Assembly (NCBI GenBank): GCA_963766735.1
Contig: CAVYBU010000030.1
Span: forward strand, 246,707-310,706
Source: an uncultured Chloroflexia bacterium
GTDB lineage: Bacteria > Chloroflexota > Limnocylindria > Limnocylindrales > CSP1-4
Direction: 5' to 3'
DNA length: 64,000 nt
Part shown: positions 27,548 through 38,287 of the stretch, piece by piece
Position numbering within the stretch: position 1 is the stretch's first letter
Layout of the letters: every line of letters begins with the position of its first letter
Made by a program: the position numbers and the translations under genes
The notes under the pieces: model-generated
What the model was told of the DNA's origin: nothing
What the model saw: only the letters and a program-made list of their open reading frames with translations
Databases searched by the model: none

Positions 27548-30103
27548 ATGCGCGGCCTGGTCCCGTACGCCTGGCGCAGCCTCGTCGCGAGGCCCACCCG
27601 GAGCATTCTCTCGATGATCGGGGTGGCCCTTGGCGTGGCCGTGCTGGTCGCGGCGCTGGCCGTGACGGCGGGACTGGACGCTTCCATCGACCGCACGGTG
27701 GCCTCCCTCGTCGGGCGCGCGGACCTGCGCGTGTCGGCCTTCACCGAGCGCGGCCTGTCGGCCGGCACCGTCACTGCCCTGGATGCGGTCCCGGGTGTGG
27801 CCCTCGCGGCCCCCGGCATCGAGCGGCGCAGCTACATCGGCTCCACGCCGGGTCGCTCAACCACGCGGGAGCCCGTCACGGTGCTGGGGATCGACCCGGC
27901 CCGCGAGCCGCGCGTCCGTGACCTGGCCCTGGCCCGGGGTGTGCCACTGGAGGCAGCGGACGAGAACGTTGTCCTGATCACCGAGAGCCTGGCGGCGGCC
28001 GAAGGGCTGGATGTCGGCAGCGAGCTCGTGCTGTACGGCGCCGGGGCACCCCTGCACCTTCAGGTGGTTGGCGTGCTCTCGGGGGACGGTCCGGCTGTCG
28101 GCTCGTCCGGACGGTCGGTCGTGGTGCCAATCGGCACCGCCGCAAGCCTGGGCGAAGCCGACGACGAGCCGTCCGCCGGCGAGGGCGCCCCTTCCGGGGT
28201 CACGCGCGTCGACCTGGTCCTCGCCGCGGGTGCGGACGCGGATGTCGTGATCGGCGCCATCGGGGAGGCGGCGGTGGTGGACCCGTACGTGCTGTCCGCC
28301 CCGGCCGACATGGCCGCATCGATGCGGTCGTCGACGGCAGACATCCGCTCCACGATGGCCCTGCTGGCGGCCATCACGCTGTTCGCGTCCGCGTTCCTCA
28401 TCCTGAACACCCTGGCCATGACCGTTGTCGAGCGGATCCGGGAACTTGCGCTGTTCCGCGCGGCGGGTGCGGGCCGCGGCCAGGTTGTGCGGGTCGTCCT
28501 TGCCCAGGGGTTGTTCCTCGGCCTGGCCGGGTCCGCTCTTGGACTCGCCCTCGGTGCCGTGCTGGCCTGGCTCGCCGCGGCGTGGCTGCGTACCTCCGGC
28601 ACCGTGAACCTGGATGGGCCGGTCATCTCGCCGTCTGTGCTGGTGGCGGGCGTGCTCGCCGGGATGCTCATCACGCTGGTCGCCTCGATCGAGCCGGCCC
28701 GTCGCGCCGCCGGGGTCAGCCCGGTGGCCGCGCTCCGCGTCCGGGCCGATCCGGGACCGGCGGTCCGCGCGAGCGTGGGTTGGCTGATCGTCGTGGTCGC
28801 CGCTGCGGGCGCCCTGGCGGTCGCGCTGCTGCCGGCGGCGGCAACGGGTCCCACGGGACCCGCTCGGGCCGTCGCCGTGTACGCCATCCTGCTGCTGGCC
28901 GTCCTCCTCACGCCGGTCCTGCTCGGTCCGCTCGGGCGACTCGTCGGCCTGCCGTTCTCCCTTGTCCTGAGGCTCGAGGAACGCCTGGCCCGGGCGGCGG
29001 TCAGCCGGAACAAGAGCCGGACCACGCTCACGGTCGGGGTGCTGGTCGTCGGCCTGGCGATGGTCGTGGGGATCGGCACGGTCGAGATCAACGCGCGCTC
29101 CGCGGCAACGGGGTGGCTCTCTGATGTGGTGCCCGGCGACGAGATTCTGACCGCCATTGCCCCCGAGCCCACGGGTCCCGGCAGTGTGGAGGAGGAGCTG
29201 ACCGCGATCGACGGCGTCCGCCAGGTCACGCCGATGGCCTTCTTCGACCTCGCCTACGCGGGGACGCGCCTGGAGGCGGTCGCGATCCACGGCGACGACT
29301 TCGAGGCGGACGGCCGGCTCACGTTCACATCCGGCGACAGGACGCGCGCGCTGGCGGCGATCGACGCGGGCGGTGCCGTCGTCCTGCCGCGGGCGCGCGC
29401 GGAGCGCATGGGCGTCGGCGTGGACGACGTGCTGGCGGTGGCCACGACGGAGGGCCTTGTCGAGCTGCGCGTCGTCGGTCTGGTGAACCGCTCGTTCCCG
29501 GGCCGGACGGGCGAGGCGGCGCTTGTCGGCTGGTCGGACGCCGTCGAGCGTCTTGGCATCGCGGGCGCGGACGTGTTCGGCGTCCGGTACGTCCCTGCCG
29601 CCCGGGAAGAGGCGTCTGCCGCGGTGCATGCGCTTGCCAGCGAGCGTGCGCTGATCCCCGCGCCGATCTCCCGGGTAGAGGGAGCGGTGGGCGACGCGCT
29701 GGAGCGCGTCTTCGGGCTCCTGAGCCTCCTGGCGCTCGCGTCGGTGCTGATTGCGGCCCTCGGGATCGTGAATACGCTGTCGATGGACACCTGGGAGCGG
29801 ACGCGAGAGCTCGGCATGCTGCGAGCGGCGGGGATGAGCCGAAAGCAGGTCTGGCGGAGCGTCCTCGTGGAGGCCGGGATCCTGGGTGCGATCGGGGCCG
29901 TCATGGGATCCCTGGCCGGCATCGTCATCGGCGTGCTGCTCGTCGCGACTGCCGGTGGGCGCATCGAGGAGGGGATCCTGCTGCCGGGCGCGACCATCCT
30001 TCTCGCCCTGATCCTCGGCGTGACGCTGGCGATGCTGGCTGCCGCCCAGCCCGCTCGGATCGCAGGCCGGCGATCGATCGTCAGCGCCGTCCGCGGGGAG
30101 TAG
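27548..30103 (+). CDS. ABC transporter permease, duplicated MacB/FtsX type
   Basis: Two NTL..ER.REL..RAAG FtsX-type motifs and two extracytoplasmic domains. Confidence 0.9.
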   Translation: MRGLVPYAWRSLVARPTRSILSMIGVALGVAVLVAALAVTAGLDASIDRTVASLVGRADLRVSAFTERGLSAGTVTALDAVPGVALAAPGIERRSYIGSTPGRSTTREPVTVLGIDPAREPRVRDLALARGVPLEAADENVVLITESLAAAEGLDVGSELVLYGAGAPLHLQVVGVLSGDGPAVGSSGRSVVVPIGTAASLGEADDEPSAGEGAPSGVTRVDLVLAAGADADVVIGAIGEAAVVDPYVLSAPADMAASMRSSTADIRSTMALLAAITLFASAFLILNTLAMTVVERIRELALFRAAGAGRGQVVRVVLAQGLFLGLAGSALGLALGAVLAWLAAAWLRTSGTVNLDGPVISPSVLVAGVLAGMLITLVASIEPARRAAGVSPVAALRVRADPGPAVRASVGWLIVVVAAAGALAVALLPAAATGPTGPARAVAVYAILLLAVLLTPVLLGPLGRLVGLPFSLVLRLEERLARAAVSRNKSRTTLTVGVLVVGLAMVVGIGTVEINARSAATGWLSDVVPGDEILTAIAPEPTGPGSVEEELTAIDGVRQVTPMAFFDLAYAGTRLEAVAIHGDDFEADGRLTFTSGDRTRALAAIDAGGAVVLPRARAERMGVGVDDVLAVATTEGLVELRVVGLVNRSFPGRTGEAALVGWSDAVERLGIAGADVFGVRYVPAAREEASAAVHALASERALIPAPISRVEGAVGDALERVFGLLSLLALASVLIAALGIVNTLSMDTWERTRELGMLRAAGMSRKQVWRSVLVEAGILGAIGAVMGSLAGIVIGVLLVATAGGRIEEGILLPGATILLALILGVTLAMLAAAQPARIAGRRSIVSAVRGE

Positions 30104-30184
30104 ACCGCACGTTCGTCGCCGGGACGCCCGGGCGGTAGACTATGCGCGCCGCCGCCCTGTCGGGGAAGGCGCGAGAGGGAGTCC

Positions 30185-30829
30185 ATGACCCACGCGATCC
30201 CGTCGCTCACGCGCGTACCCGCCACCGAGAAGGGTGTGACGATCGCCGACTTCCTGGTGCCGATCCGGGTCGGAGAGCGCGTCTCGCCGCGCCTCCGGAG
30301 CGTGATCCTCGTTGTGACCGGCGCATTCCTGATCTACCTCACCGCGCGCGTCGCGATCCCCGTCCCGGGTACCCCGGTGCCGTTCACGCTGCAGAACGTC
30401 GGCATCCTGGTCGTCGGGGGCGCCCTCGGGATGCGGCGCGGCGGACTCGCGGCCCTCCTGTACGTGGCCCTGGGCGTCATCGGGCTCCCGTTCTTCGCGG
30501 AAGGCCGCGGTGGACCCTCCGTGATCCTGGGCGCCACGGGCGGCTATCTGATCGGGTTCGTCCTTGCCGCCGCACTCGTCGGGCGGCTCGCGGAGCTCGG
30601 CTGGGACCGGCGGATCGGGGGCGCCATCGGCGCCACGACGCTGGGCACCGCGGTCATCTACCTCGTCGGCGTGCCCTGGCTCGCCGTCGTGACCGGGCTC
30701 TCGCTTGACGAGGCGATCGCCACGGGACTCGCCCCGTTCCTGGTGGCGGACATCGTCAAGCTGCTGGTTGCCGCGGCCGTGTTCCCGGTGGCGTGGTGGG
30801 TGGTCGGGCGGCGTCCCAGCGAGCGCTGA
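30185..30829 (+). CDS. bioY: Biotin transporter BioY
   Basis: PVPFTLQ, G..GLP.FA, TGGYLIGF. Confidence 0.92.
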   Translation: MTHAIPSLTRVPATEKGVTIADFLVPIRVGERVSPRLRSVILVVTGAFLIYLTARVAIPVPGTPVPFTLQNVGILVVGGALGMRRGGLAALLYVALGVIGLPFFAEGRGGPSVILGATGGYLIGFVLAAALVGRLAELGWDRRIGGAIGATTLGTAVIYLVGVPWLAVVTGLSLDEAIATGLAPFLVADIVKLLVAAAVFPVAWWVVGRRPSER

Positions 30830-30839
30830 CCCTCGTCGC

Positions 30840-31433
30840 TCAGGTCAGGGCGTCGGCCATGACGCGCACCAGGTCGTTCGACCCCGTGATCCCATTCAGC
30901 AACCGGATCGGAGCGGGCGCCTGCTCTGATGGCGACAACTCCAGCGCGAAGAACTCCACACCGTGCCAGCGGCCGTCCTTCCAGCCAACCTCCTCGAGCA
31001 GGCCGATGCGCCTGTACCCGAGCGCCTCGTGCAGGCCAACCGACGCGGGATTGGGCGGCGTGACCCCGGCCACGGCCGAGTGGAACCCCTGGAAGCGGAG
31101 GATCAGGATGACGGCTCGCAGCGTGGCCCTGCCGAGCCCTCGCCCGTGGAAGTCCCGGTCCACGTAGACCGTCGTCTCGGCCGTCCACGCGTATGCCGCC
31201 CGATCCCGAAAGTGTCCCGCGTATGCGTACCCGCGCACGACCCCGTCCACCTCCGCCACCACCCATGGCAGCCGGCCCACGGTCCCGGCGATCCTCCTGC
31301 CGACCTCCACCCCGTCCGGGGGCGTCAGCTCGAACGAGATGCAGGTGTCGGTCACGTATGGCGCATAGATCGCCGAGCAGGCGGGACCGTCGGCGGGTGT
31401 CGCGAGGCGGAGACGCACAGGTCGGGGCTCCAC
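30840..31433 (-). CDS. GNAT acetyltransferase, phosphinothricin/YncA type
   Basis: IYAPYV..T.ISFE..PP, GYAYA, R.AY.WT.E.TVYV, GWK.GRW. Start uncertain (31433 or 31472). Confidence 0.88.
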   Translation of the reverse strand: MEPRPVRLRLATPADGPACSAIYAPYVTDTCISFELTPPDGVEVGRRIAGTVGRLPWVVAEVDGVVRGYAYAGHFRDRAAYAWTAETTVYVDRDFHGRGLGRATLRAVILILRFQGFHSAVAGVTPPNPASVGLHEALGYRRIGLLEEVGWKDGRWHGVEFFALELSPSEQAPAPIRLLNGITGSNDLVRVMADALT

Positions 31434-31438
31434 GGCAC

Positions 31439-32842
31439 TCAGTACAGGTGGGGGAAGCGGCGGCCCCACCACGCGTCCATGTCCCTGGGCGTGGCCGCAT
31501 CGAGCGCGTCCAGCAGCGTCCGGGTCCGGACCAAGCCCCAGCGGTTGTCCGCGAGGTACCGTCGGATGGCGGTCCAGAAGGCGGCGGGGCCCATCTTCGT
31601 CCGGGCCGCCGCGAGCAGGTTTCCACCCTGGATGTAGACGGTCTCGTAGTAGCAGGACCTCGAGTACCGGTAGATGGAGCGGTCCAGGTCAGCCGCGGCG
31701 CAGCGGGACGCCCGTCGCATGCCCAGGATGTCGCGCGTGACGAAGTCGGCAGGGGCCTCGTCCGCAAACGGCTCGCGCGCCTGGTCGTTGCCCACGAGGC
31801 CGTAGAACCACTGGTGGGCGACCTCGTGGGTGACGAGATAGGCCAGGCTGGCAGCGCTCGTGCCGGTGGGGATCCAGACGACACCGGGCCCCTCCATCCC
31901 GTATCCGCCCGCCGCCTGGACGATCTTGATCACCCTGTACGGGTACGGGCCCAGCCTCGCCTCGAGCTTCGCGACCGCGACCTTGGCCGCACGCAGGACG
32001 GCCGCCTTCGGGAACCCGGGCCGGGCCACCACGCGGACCACGGTGTCGCCCACCACGGCCTGGGTCGTCCGGTAGTCCGCGGCGGCGGCAACGACGACGT
32101 CACGCACGTTGACGGCCGTGAACGTCATGTCGAGGCCGTCCGCGGAGATCGCGGTGCGATTGCCGGTCGAGACAACCCGGAGGCGGGTGTCCGTGCGCAG
32201 GCGCAGGGTCGCTCGCGGGCTCACCGGGGTGACGAAGGGGTCGCCGTGGTTCGGGCGGTTGAAGGGCGTGCGGCGGCTCACCCACGGGATCCAGCGGTAG
32301 AGGTCGACGATCCCGTTGGCCCGGGTGAAGAGCCAGCTGCTCCCGGACGTGGTGGATCGGAGCGTGGCGGTGAAGGGGACCACGACCACGGCCGTGGCAT
32401 TCGCCGGCAGGATGCCGCCCAGCGGCACGCTGATCGTCTGGTCGTCGAGCGTCGCGCTGACGGCGGTCCCATCCACCGTGACCGTCCCGAGGCGGAGAGC
32501 GCCGAGCGGGCCCATGACGGTGTTGAGCTCGAGGCGGTCGATGCCGGCACCGGAGTCGTTCCGGGCGGTGATGGTGACGTGGCCGCGGAGACGGCGGGCC
32601 GCGACGCCGAGCCTGACATCGACGTCGTACTCGGCGCGGATGGCAAGGCTGGACCGGTTGACCGACCCCGGGACGATCCGGGTCGAGGGGAGTGCGCTGG
32701 CGACGACGGGCCGCATTCCATCTCGATCGGGTGCCGCCGTGGTCGGGAGCGGCAGGGTCAGGAGGGCGAGGAGTGCGACGAGCAGGGCGGCCCGCCCTCG
32801 CGCGCGCGGCGCCGCTGACCCGGACGGTCGACGTCGGAGCAT
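31439..32842 (-). CDS. Secreted M1-family (gluzincin) aminopeptidase
   Basis: GMEGP, HEVAHQWF, downstream DEA, VYIQG. Signal peptide after ATG 32842, which is preceded by TACGAT-6nt. Confidence 0.85.
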   Translation of the reverse strand: MLRRRPSGSAAPRARGRAALLVALLALLTLPLPTTAAPDRDGMRPVVASALPSTRIVPGSVNRSSLAIRAEYDVDVRLGVAARRLRGHVTITARNDSGAGIDRLELNTVMGPLGALRLGTVTVDGTAVSATLDDQTISVPLGGILPANATAVVVVPFTATLRSTTSGSSWLFTRANGIVDLYRWIPWVSRRTPFNRPNHGDPFVTPVSPRATLRLRTDTRLRVVSTGNRTAISADGLDMTFTAVNVRDVVVAAAADYRTTQAVVGDTVVRVVARPGFPKAAVLRAAKVAVAKLEARLGPYPYRVIKIVQAAGGYGMEGPGVVWIPTGTSAASLAYLVTHEVAHQWFYGLVGNDQAREPFADEAPADFVTRDILGMRRASRCAAADLDRSIYRYSRSCYYETVYIQGGNLLAAARTKMGPAAFWTAIRRYLADNRWGLVRTRTLLDALDAATPRDMDAWWGRRFPHLY

Positions 32843-33128
32843 GTCGGGATCGTACTCCGGCGGGCGGTCTGGGGCCCATGCCAGGTCGAGTCTCAGGGCG
32901 CCGGCCTGCTCGACCCGCAGGGCTTGCCCGATCCCGGGCGGATGCTCCGCCGACGCGTCCGCTACGGACGGGGGCCAACGGGCCCGATCCGGATGGCCCG
33001 TGCGAGTGAGTCCGTGCCAGGGAGCCCGGGTTCGCCCGGTCGGGCCGGACCCTGTATGTCGGGCCCGACGGCCCTCCCGGTTGCCGGCGGCGGGCCCCAC
33101 GATCCCAGCACGCAGTCGGGAGATCGCC

Positions 33129-33698
33129 TTGAGCGCCCAGCGTGTCCTCGTCGCCTTCGCCAGCCGCTCCGGATCCACCGCGGGGATCGCCCAGGCGATC
33201 GCTGCCGTCCTCCAGGGCGCGGGCTTGTCCGTGGACTGTCGCCCGGCCGGCGACGTCACCGACGTGACGCCATACACCGCGGTCGTCCTTGGCAGCGGTG
33301 TCTTCCTGCGGCGCCGCGCGTCGGACGGCGGCGGGTTCCTCGCCCGCCACGCCGCCGCACTGTCCACGCGCGCCGTGTGGCTCTATTGCGCCGGCCCCAT
33401 CGGGCACGGGCGCTCGGACGGCGACCGACCAGCGGCGGACGGTGACTGCAGTGCGGCAGAGGTTGCCCGTGCCGTCGGCGCGCGCGGTAGCGCGGAGTTC
33501 GGGACACCGGCACCGGCGAGCACCAATGATCCGTTCGACCAGCTGGCGCCGGTGGACCTGGCACGCGTACGCGCGTGGGCGCACGAGATCGCTGCCGAGC
33601 TTGCCGCTGGACCCGCCGAGCGTCCCGCCCCCCGGTCCGCCCCCACGTCACGCTCCCGCCGGCCGGCGCGCTGTTCAAGGGCCGCAGCCCCGGGCTGA
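33129..33698 (+). CDS. Flavodoxin-domain protein (HemG/Flavodoxin_5-like)
   Basis: VLVAFASRSGSTAGIA, YTAVVLGSGV, VRAWA. TTG start after gggag. Confidence 0.75.
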   Translation: MSAQRVLVAFASRSGSTAGIAQAIAAVLQGAGLSVDCRPAGDVTDVTPYTAVVLGSGVFLRRRASDGGGFLARHAAALSTRAVWLYCAGPIGHGRSDGDRPAADGDCSAAEVARAVGARGSAEFGTPAPASTNDPFDQLAPVDLARVRAWAHEIAAELAAGPAERPAPRSAPTSRSRRPARCSRAAAPG

Positions 33699-33756
33699 CG
33701 CTTCCTCAGCCCGCTCCCCCGCGCGATTGCTCGAGCCCGGTTCGTCGCGCCCCAAG

Positions 33757-33794
33757 CCTGTGACGCCTGAGCTGTCACAGGGCCGGTCCAGGAT
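33757..33794 (+). promoter_or_regulatory. Palindromic operator plus TGTCAC-N10-(-10) promoter
   Basis: cctgtgac-N9-gtcacagg (33757-33781); TGTCAC, 10 nt, CAGGAT, 6 nt, ATG 33801. Confidence 0.5.
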
Positions 33795-33800
33795 GTGGTC

Positions 33801-35102
33801 ATGGAAGCACGGATCCTCCCCATGCCGAACCCGACCCAACCACGCGCCGTCGGGTCGTCGCCCGGCCCGGTCATCCGCGTCGAGGGCGACCGGATCCTCG
33901 TCGAGCGCCTCGTCCTCGTGGACGCGCCGTTGGCGACGGCCCTCGCGGAACGCGAGCCGGCTGAGCGCCCAGCCGTGGTGGAGCGTGCGTTGCGGATCGG
34001 CCTGCTCGCCCTCCAGGACGCGGCGACCTCGATGGACACGGATGTCGTCCGTCGCGAGTTCGAGAAGCTGGTTGCCCAGACGACCGCGGTGAACGCGCAG
34101 GCGGCCAAGGCCGTCGAGGACGTGCTGCGGGCCAACTTCGCGGATGGCGATGGTCGCCTGCCGCGCACGCTGGAGAAGTTCCTCGGGGATCGCGGAGCCC
34201 TTCAGAAGTTCGTGAACGACCTGTTCGACGAGACGAAGCGGGACTCCGCCATCGGACGTATCGGCGGGCTGCTGGGCCAGTACTTCGACGGTGACCGGTC
34301 CAAGGTGGCGATGCTCCTGGATCCGACCCGGCTGGGGTCTCCGCTCCACCAGTTCCGCCAGGAGATCGCCGAGGGGTTCAAGGGCGTCCACGAACGGCTG
34401 GCGGCGATCGAGGCCGCAGCGAGGGCGCGCGCGGACGAGCGCGCGAAGTCGACCGCGAAGGGCGGGGACTTCGAGGTGCTCCTTCACGGCATGCTCGGGG
34501 ATCTCGCCCGCGGTTCGGGGGACCTCCTGGACCGGACGGGGACGGAGACGGGCTCGCTGCTCGGGTCCAAGAAGGGTGACTTCGTCCTGACCCTGGACGC
34601 ACGCCTGACGCGCGGCGCGGACGTCCGGGTCGTGATCGAGGCCAAGGATCGCGCGATGTCCCAGCGCGCCATGCGCGAGGAACTCCGAGAGGCGCGGCAG
34701 AATCGCGGTGCAGCGGTGGCGATCGTCGCCTGGACGCCGGCCCACGCCCCGTCCGCCGTCGCCCCGTTCGCGCTCGTCGGGGAGGATGTCCACGTGGTGG
34801 TGGACCCGGAGCTGCCGGACACTGCCTATCTCGAGGCAGCGGTGCGCCTCGCCCGCCTCCTGGCGCTCGCACAGCTGCAGGAACGCGAGGTGGACGTGGA
34901 TGCCGCGGCCGTCGGCCGGGCGCTGGCCGGGGTCCGGCAGCAGTTGGAGGCCATCCGGGCGCTCAAGACCCAGCTGACGTCCGTGTCCAATGCAACCAAG
35001 GCGGTCTGGACCGGCCTGGACACCCTGCGGACGGGCATTCTCGCCCGGGTCGCCGAGGCTGAGGCGGAGCTGAGTCTGGCCCAGCCGCCGGAGTCGTCCT
35101 GA
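33801..35102 (+). CDS. Coiled-coil protein with PD-(D/E)XK nuclease domain (RmuC/DUF2130-like)
   Basis: Long helical N-terminus, KGGDFE..KGDFV..VIEAKD, C-terminal coiled coil. Confidence 0.7.
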   Translation: MEARILPMPNPTQPRAVGSSPGPVIRVEGDRILVERLVLVDAPLATALAEREPAERPAVVERALRIGLLALQDAATSMDTDVVRREFEKLVAQTTAVNAQAAKAVEDVLRANFADGDGRLPRTLEKFLGDRGALQKFVNDLFDETKRDSAIGRIGGLLGQYFDGDRSKVAMLLDPTRLGSPLHQFRQEIAEGFKGVHERLAAIEAAARARADERAKSTAKGGDFEVLLHGMLGDLARGSGDLLDRTGTETGSLLGSKKGDFVLTLDARLTRGADVRVVIEAKDRAMSQRAMREELREARQNRGAAVAIVAWTPAHAPSAVAPFALVGEDVHVVVDPELPDTAYLEAAVRLARLLALAQLQEREVDVDAAAVGRALAGVRQQLEAIRALKTQLTSVSNATKAVWTGLDTLRTGILARVAEAEAELSLAQPPESS

Positions 35103-35222
35103 CCGCGCCCCCGGGACCATTGGGCGGACCAACTGCCCATTGTTGCCGGCTCCGCCGGAGGCGATGATCCGGTCCGGACTGGTGGGCTGCAGCGCCGGTC
35201 CTGGAATCCGTCCGGAGACTCC

Positions 35223-37992
35223 ATGCGTCGAGCCGCATCCCTCGCCCTCGCCCTCCTGGTCGCGCTCCCCGCCGAGTCCGCGTTCGCGTTCGGACCCGCG
35301 CCGGAGAGCTTTCCGGTTGTGAGTGACGGCGCCGGGGCCGGATCGCCCAAGTCGGATCGCCTGACGGCGACGGACCGCTGGATCGTGGTCCTGCGCGACG
35401 GGACAACGATGGAGGCGGGCACCAAGAAGGCAGACCGCCTGGGCATCGGCCGGGACCGGACCTTCCGCAGCGCCATTCGCGGCTACTCCGCCAAGCTCAC
35501 CAAGGACCAGGTTGAGGCCCTCCGCACGGACCCGGACGTGGCCGCGGTCGTGCCGGACGCCGTGGTGTCGATGGTTGGCCAGACGATCCCACGAGGTATC
35601 CGTCGGGTCTTCGGACCGCAGAGCCGTTCCGCCCGGATCGACGGTTCCGACGAGCGGGTGGACGCCGACGTCGCGATCGTGGACACGGGCATCGATGCGT
35701 CGCACCGCGACCTCAACGTGGCCGGTGGCTACAACTGCTCGACCACGAACCCGGCCGCGTGGGGCGACGAGAACGGCCACGGGACGCACGTAGCAGGCAC
35801 CACGGGAGCCATCGACAACGGGACCGGCGTCGTCGGCGTGGCTCCAGGCGTCCGCCTTTGGGGCGTGCGGATCCTCAACTCCGCCGGCAACGGGCTCGTC
35901 TCGTGGTACGTCTGCGGGCTGGACTGGATCACCGCGCAGCGGGATCCCGCGGACCCGACGCGGCCACTGTTCGAGGCCGTGAACATGTCGGTCGCGAAGA
36001 CCGGCAAGGACGACCGGAACTGCGGCCTGACGAACGGAGACCTCATCCACCAGGCGATCTGCAGGCTCGTGGCCTCGGGTGTGACGGTCGTGGCCGCGGC
36101 AGGCAACAACTCGTTCAACGCCGCCAAGCTGATCCCCGCCAGCTACAACGAGGTGATCACCGTGTCGGCGCTCGCCGATACCGACGGGATGCCCGGCGGT
36201 CTTGGCGGCTCCTCCTGCTACTCCTGGGGCTCGTACGACAAGGACGACACGTTCGCGGACTTCTCGAACTACGGCGGCGACGTGGACCTGATCGCGCCCG
36301 GGAAGTGCATCTGGTCCACGCTCCCCGGAAACCGGTACGGCTACAGCTCGGGAACGTCCATGGCGGCTCCGCACGTGACCGGTGCGGCTGCCCTCTACAA
36401 GGCGTCGCGGCCGCTCGCGACTCCCGCCGAGGTCAAGGCCGCGCTACGCGCTGCGGGCACCCAGGACTGGAAGACCTCGACCGACCCCGACGGCGTGCAT
36501 GAGCCGCTGCTCAACGTGGCGCGGATCGTGGCGCTCGGTGACTGGATGGTCGACGCCACCTCGCCGACGAGGGTTCTCGCCGGGTCCGGGGATACCGTGC
36601 AGGTGCCTGTCTACGTGATCCGGGCTGAGGACGTGACGGCCGGCGTATCGCTCTCCGTGACCGGGCCCGCCGGTCTCCGCACCAAGCTCGCTGCGACGGT
36701 GGTGGGGCCGGGTGCCACGACGACGGCACTGACGGTGGTGGCGCTGCCGTCACTCGCCCCTGGCGTCCACACACTCACGGTCCGCGGGACGGTGGGCAAC
36801 GTCACCCGGACGGTCCCGGTGACGATCAAGGTCGTCGCCGACCCGCCCGCCACGTACCACGCCCTCACCCCGGTCCGGCTGCTCGACAGCCGGAGCGGCA
36901 ACGGCCTCACCGGCACGTTCAAGACCAAGGTGGCCCGGACTGTCCAGGTGACCACCAGGGGCGGGGTCCCCGCCAACGCCACAGCCGTGACCGGCACCCT
37001 CACCGTGACCGGGCAGACCGGTGCGGGCTACCTGTACCTGGGTCCGGTCGCCACCAGCGCCCCCACCAGCTCGACCCTCAACTTCCCGACAGGGGACACC
37101 CGGGCCAACGGGGTCACCGTCGCCCTCGGGTCGGGGGGCACGCTCTCGATCACCTATGTCGCGCGGACCAGCGGCAGGACGGCCCACGTCGTGTTCGACG
37201 TCACCGGCTACTTCACGCCCGATGCCACCGGAGCCACCTACCACGCCCTCACCCCGGTCCGGCTGCTCGACAGCCGGAGCGGCAACGGCCTCACCGGCGC
37301 GTTCAAGACCAAGGTGGCCCGGACCGTCCAGGTGACCAACAGGGGCGGGGTCCCCGCCAACGCCACAGCCGTGACCGGCACCCTCACCGTGACCGGGCAG
37401 ACCGGTGCGGGCTACCTGTACCTGGGTCCGGTCGCCACCAGCGCCCCCACCAGCTCGACCCTCAACTTCCCGACAGGGGACACCCGGGCCAACGGGGTCA
37501 CCGTCGCCCTCGGGTCGGGAGGCACGCTCTCGATCACCTATGTCGCGCGGACCAGCGGCAGGACCGCCCACGTCGTGTTCGACGTCACCGGCTACTTCAC
37601 GCCCGATGCCACCGGAGCCACCTACCACGCCCTCACCCCGGTCCGGCTGCTCGACAGCCGGAGCGGCAACGGCCTCACCGGCACGTTCAAGACCAAGGTG
37701 GCCCGGACTGTCCAGGTGACCACCAGGGGCGGGGTCCCCGCCAACGCCACAGCCGTGACCGGCACCCTCACCGTGACCGGGCAGACCGGTGCGGGCTACC
37801 TGTACCTGGGTCCGGTCGCCACCAGCGCCCCCACCAGCTCGACCCTCAACTTCCCGACAGGGGACACCCGGGCCAACGGGGTCACCGTCGCCCTCGGGCT
37901 CGGGGGGCACGCTCTCGATCACCTATGTCGCGCGGACCAGCGGCAGGACCGCCCACGTCGTGTTCGACGTCACCGGCTACTTCACGCCGTAG
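35223..37992 (+). CDS. Secreted S8 subtilisin-like protease with I9 propeptide and three C-terminal cell-surface repeats (frameshift at 37899)
   Basis: VDTG, HGTHVAG, AAGN, SGTSMAAPH. An extra C at 37899 relative to repeat copies 1-2; the repeat ends DVTGYFTP-stop at 37992. Confidence 0.9.
36849..37989 (+). repeat. Three near-identical 384-bp tandem repeats (128 aa)
   Basis: Copies start at 36849, 37233 and 37617 (ATYHALTPVRLLDSR...DVTGYFTP). Confidence 0.92.
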
Positions 37993-38069
37993 GGCAAGGG
38001 CCGGCGTCTTCCCCGCGGCGGATGGTGTTCTCCCGCGCGTGGGCGGCCGCGGCCACGCACGTGGTCATG

Positions 38070-38117
38070 GTGGTGATCCTCGGGACAAGCGGCGTGGTGA
38101 TCCTCGGGACGAGCGGC
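38070..38117. repeat. 24-bp tandem duplication in intergenic DNA
   Basis: gtggtgatcctcgggac(a/g)agcggc x2. Confidence 0.8.
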
Positions 38118-38287
38118 CGCCTTCGGGTCGACCTGGACGCCTCCTCGTCCTCCAGCAGGGGGCCCTCCCGCACCCCTTGACCCCGGCCAGGGATCTTGCG
38201 GAGCAGTGGTAGAGTCACGCTCCCCGTGGGGCCGGCGGCGGTCCGGGTGTCGGTGATGATCGGGACGGGGAGGAACGGAGGCGCGGC

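Noticed and set aside
38070-38117. 24-bp repeat as a mini-CRISPR, or as an MS2-like hairpin (gaggatcacc on the minus strand)
   Set aside because: Only two abutting copies, no spacer and no cas genes; the lower MS2 stem cannot form.
37993-38180. Extended C-terminus of the S8 protease
   Set aside because: It arises from the +1 insertion at 37899; repeat homology ends at the TAG at 37992.
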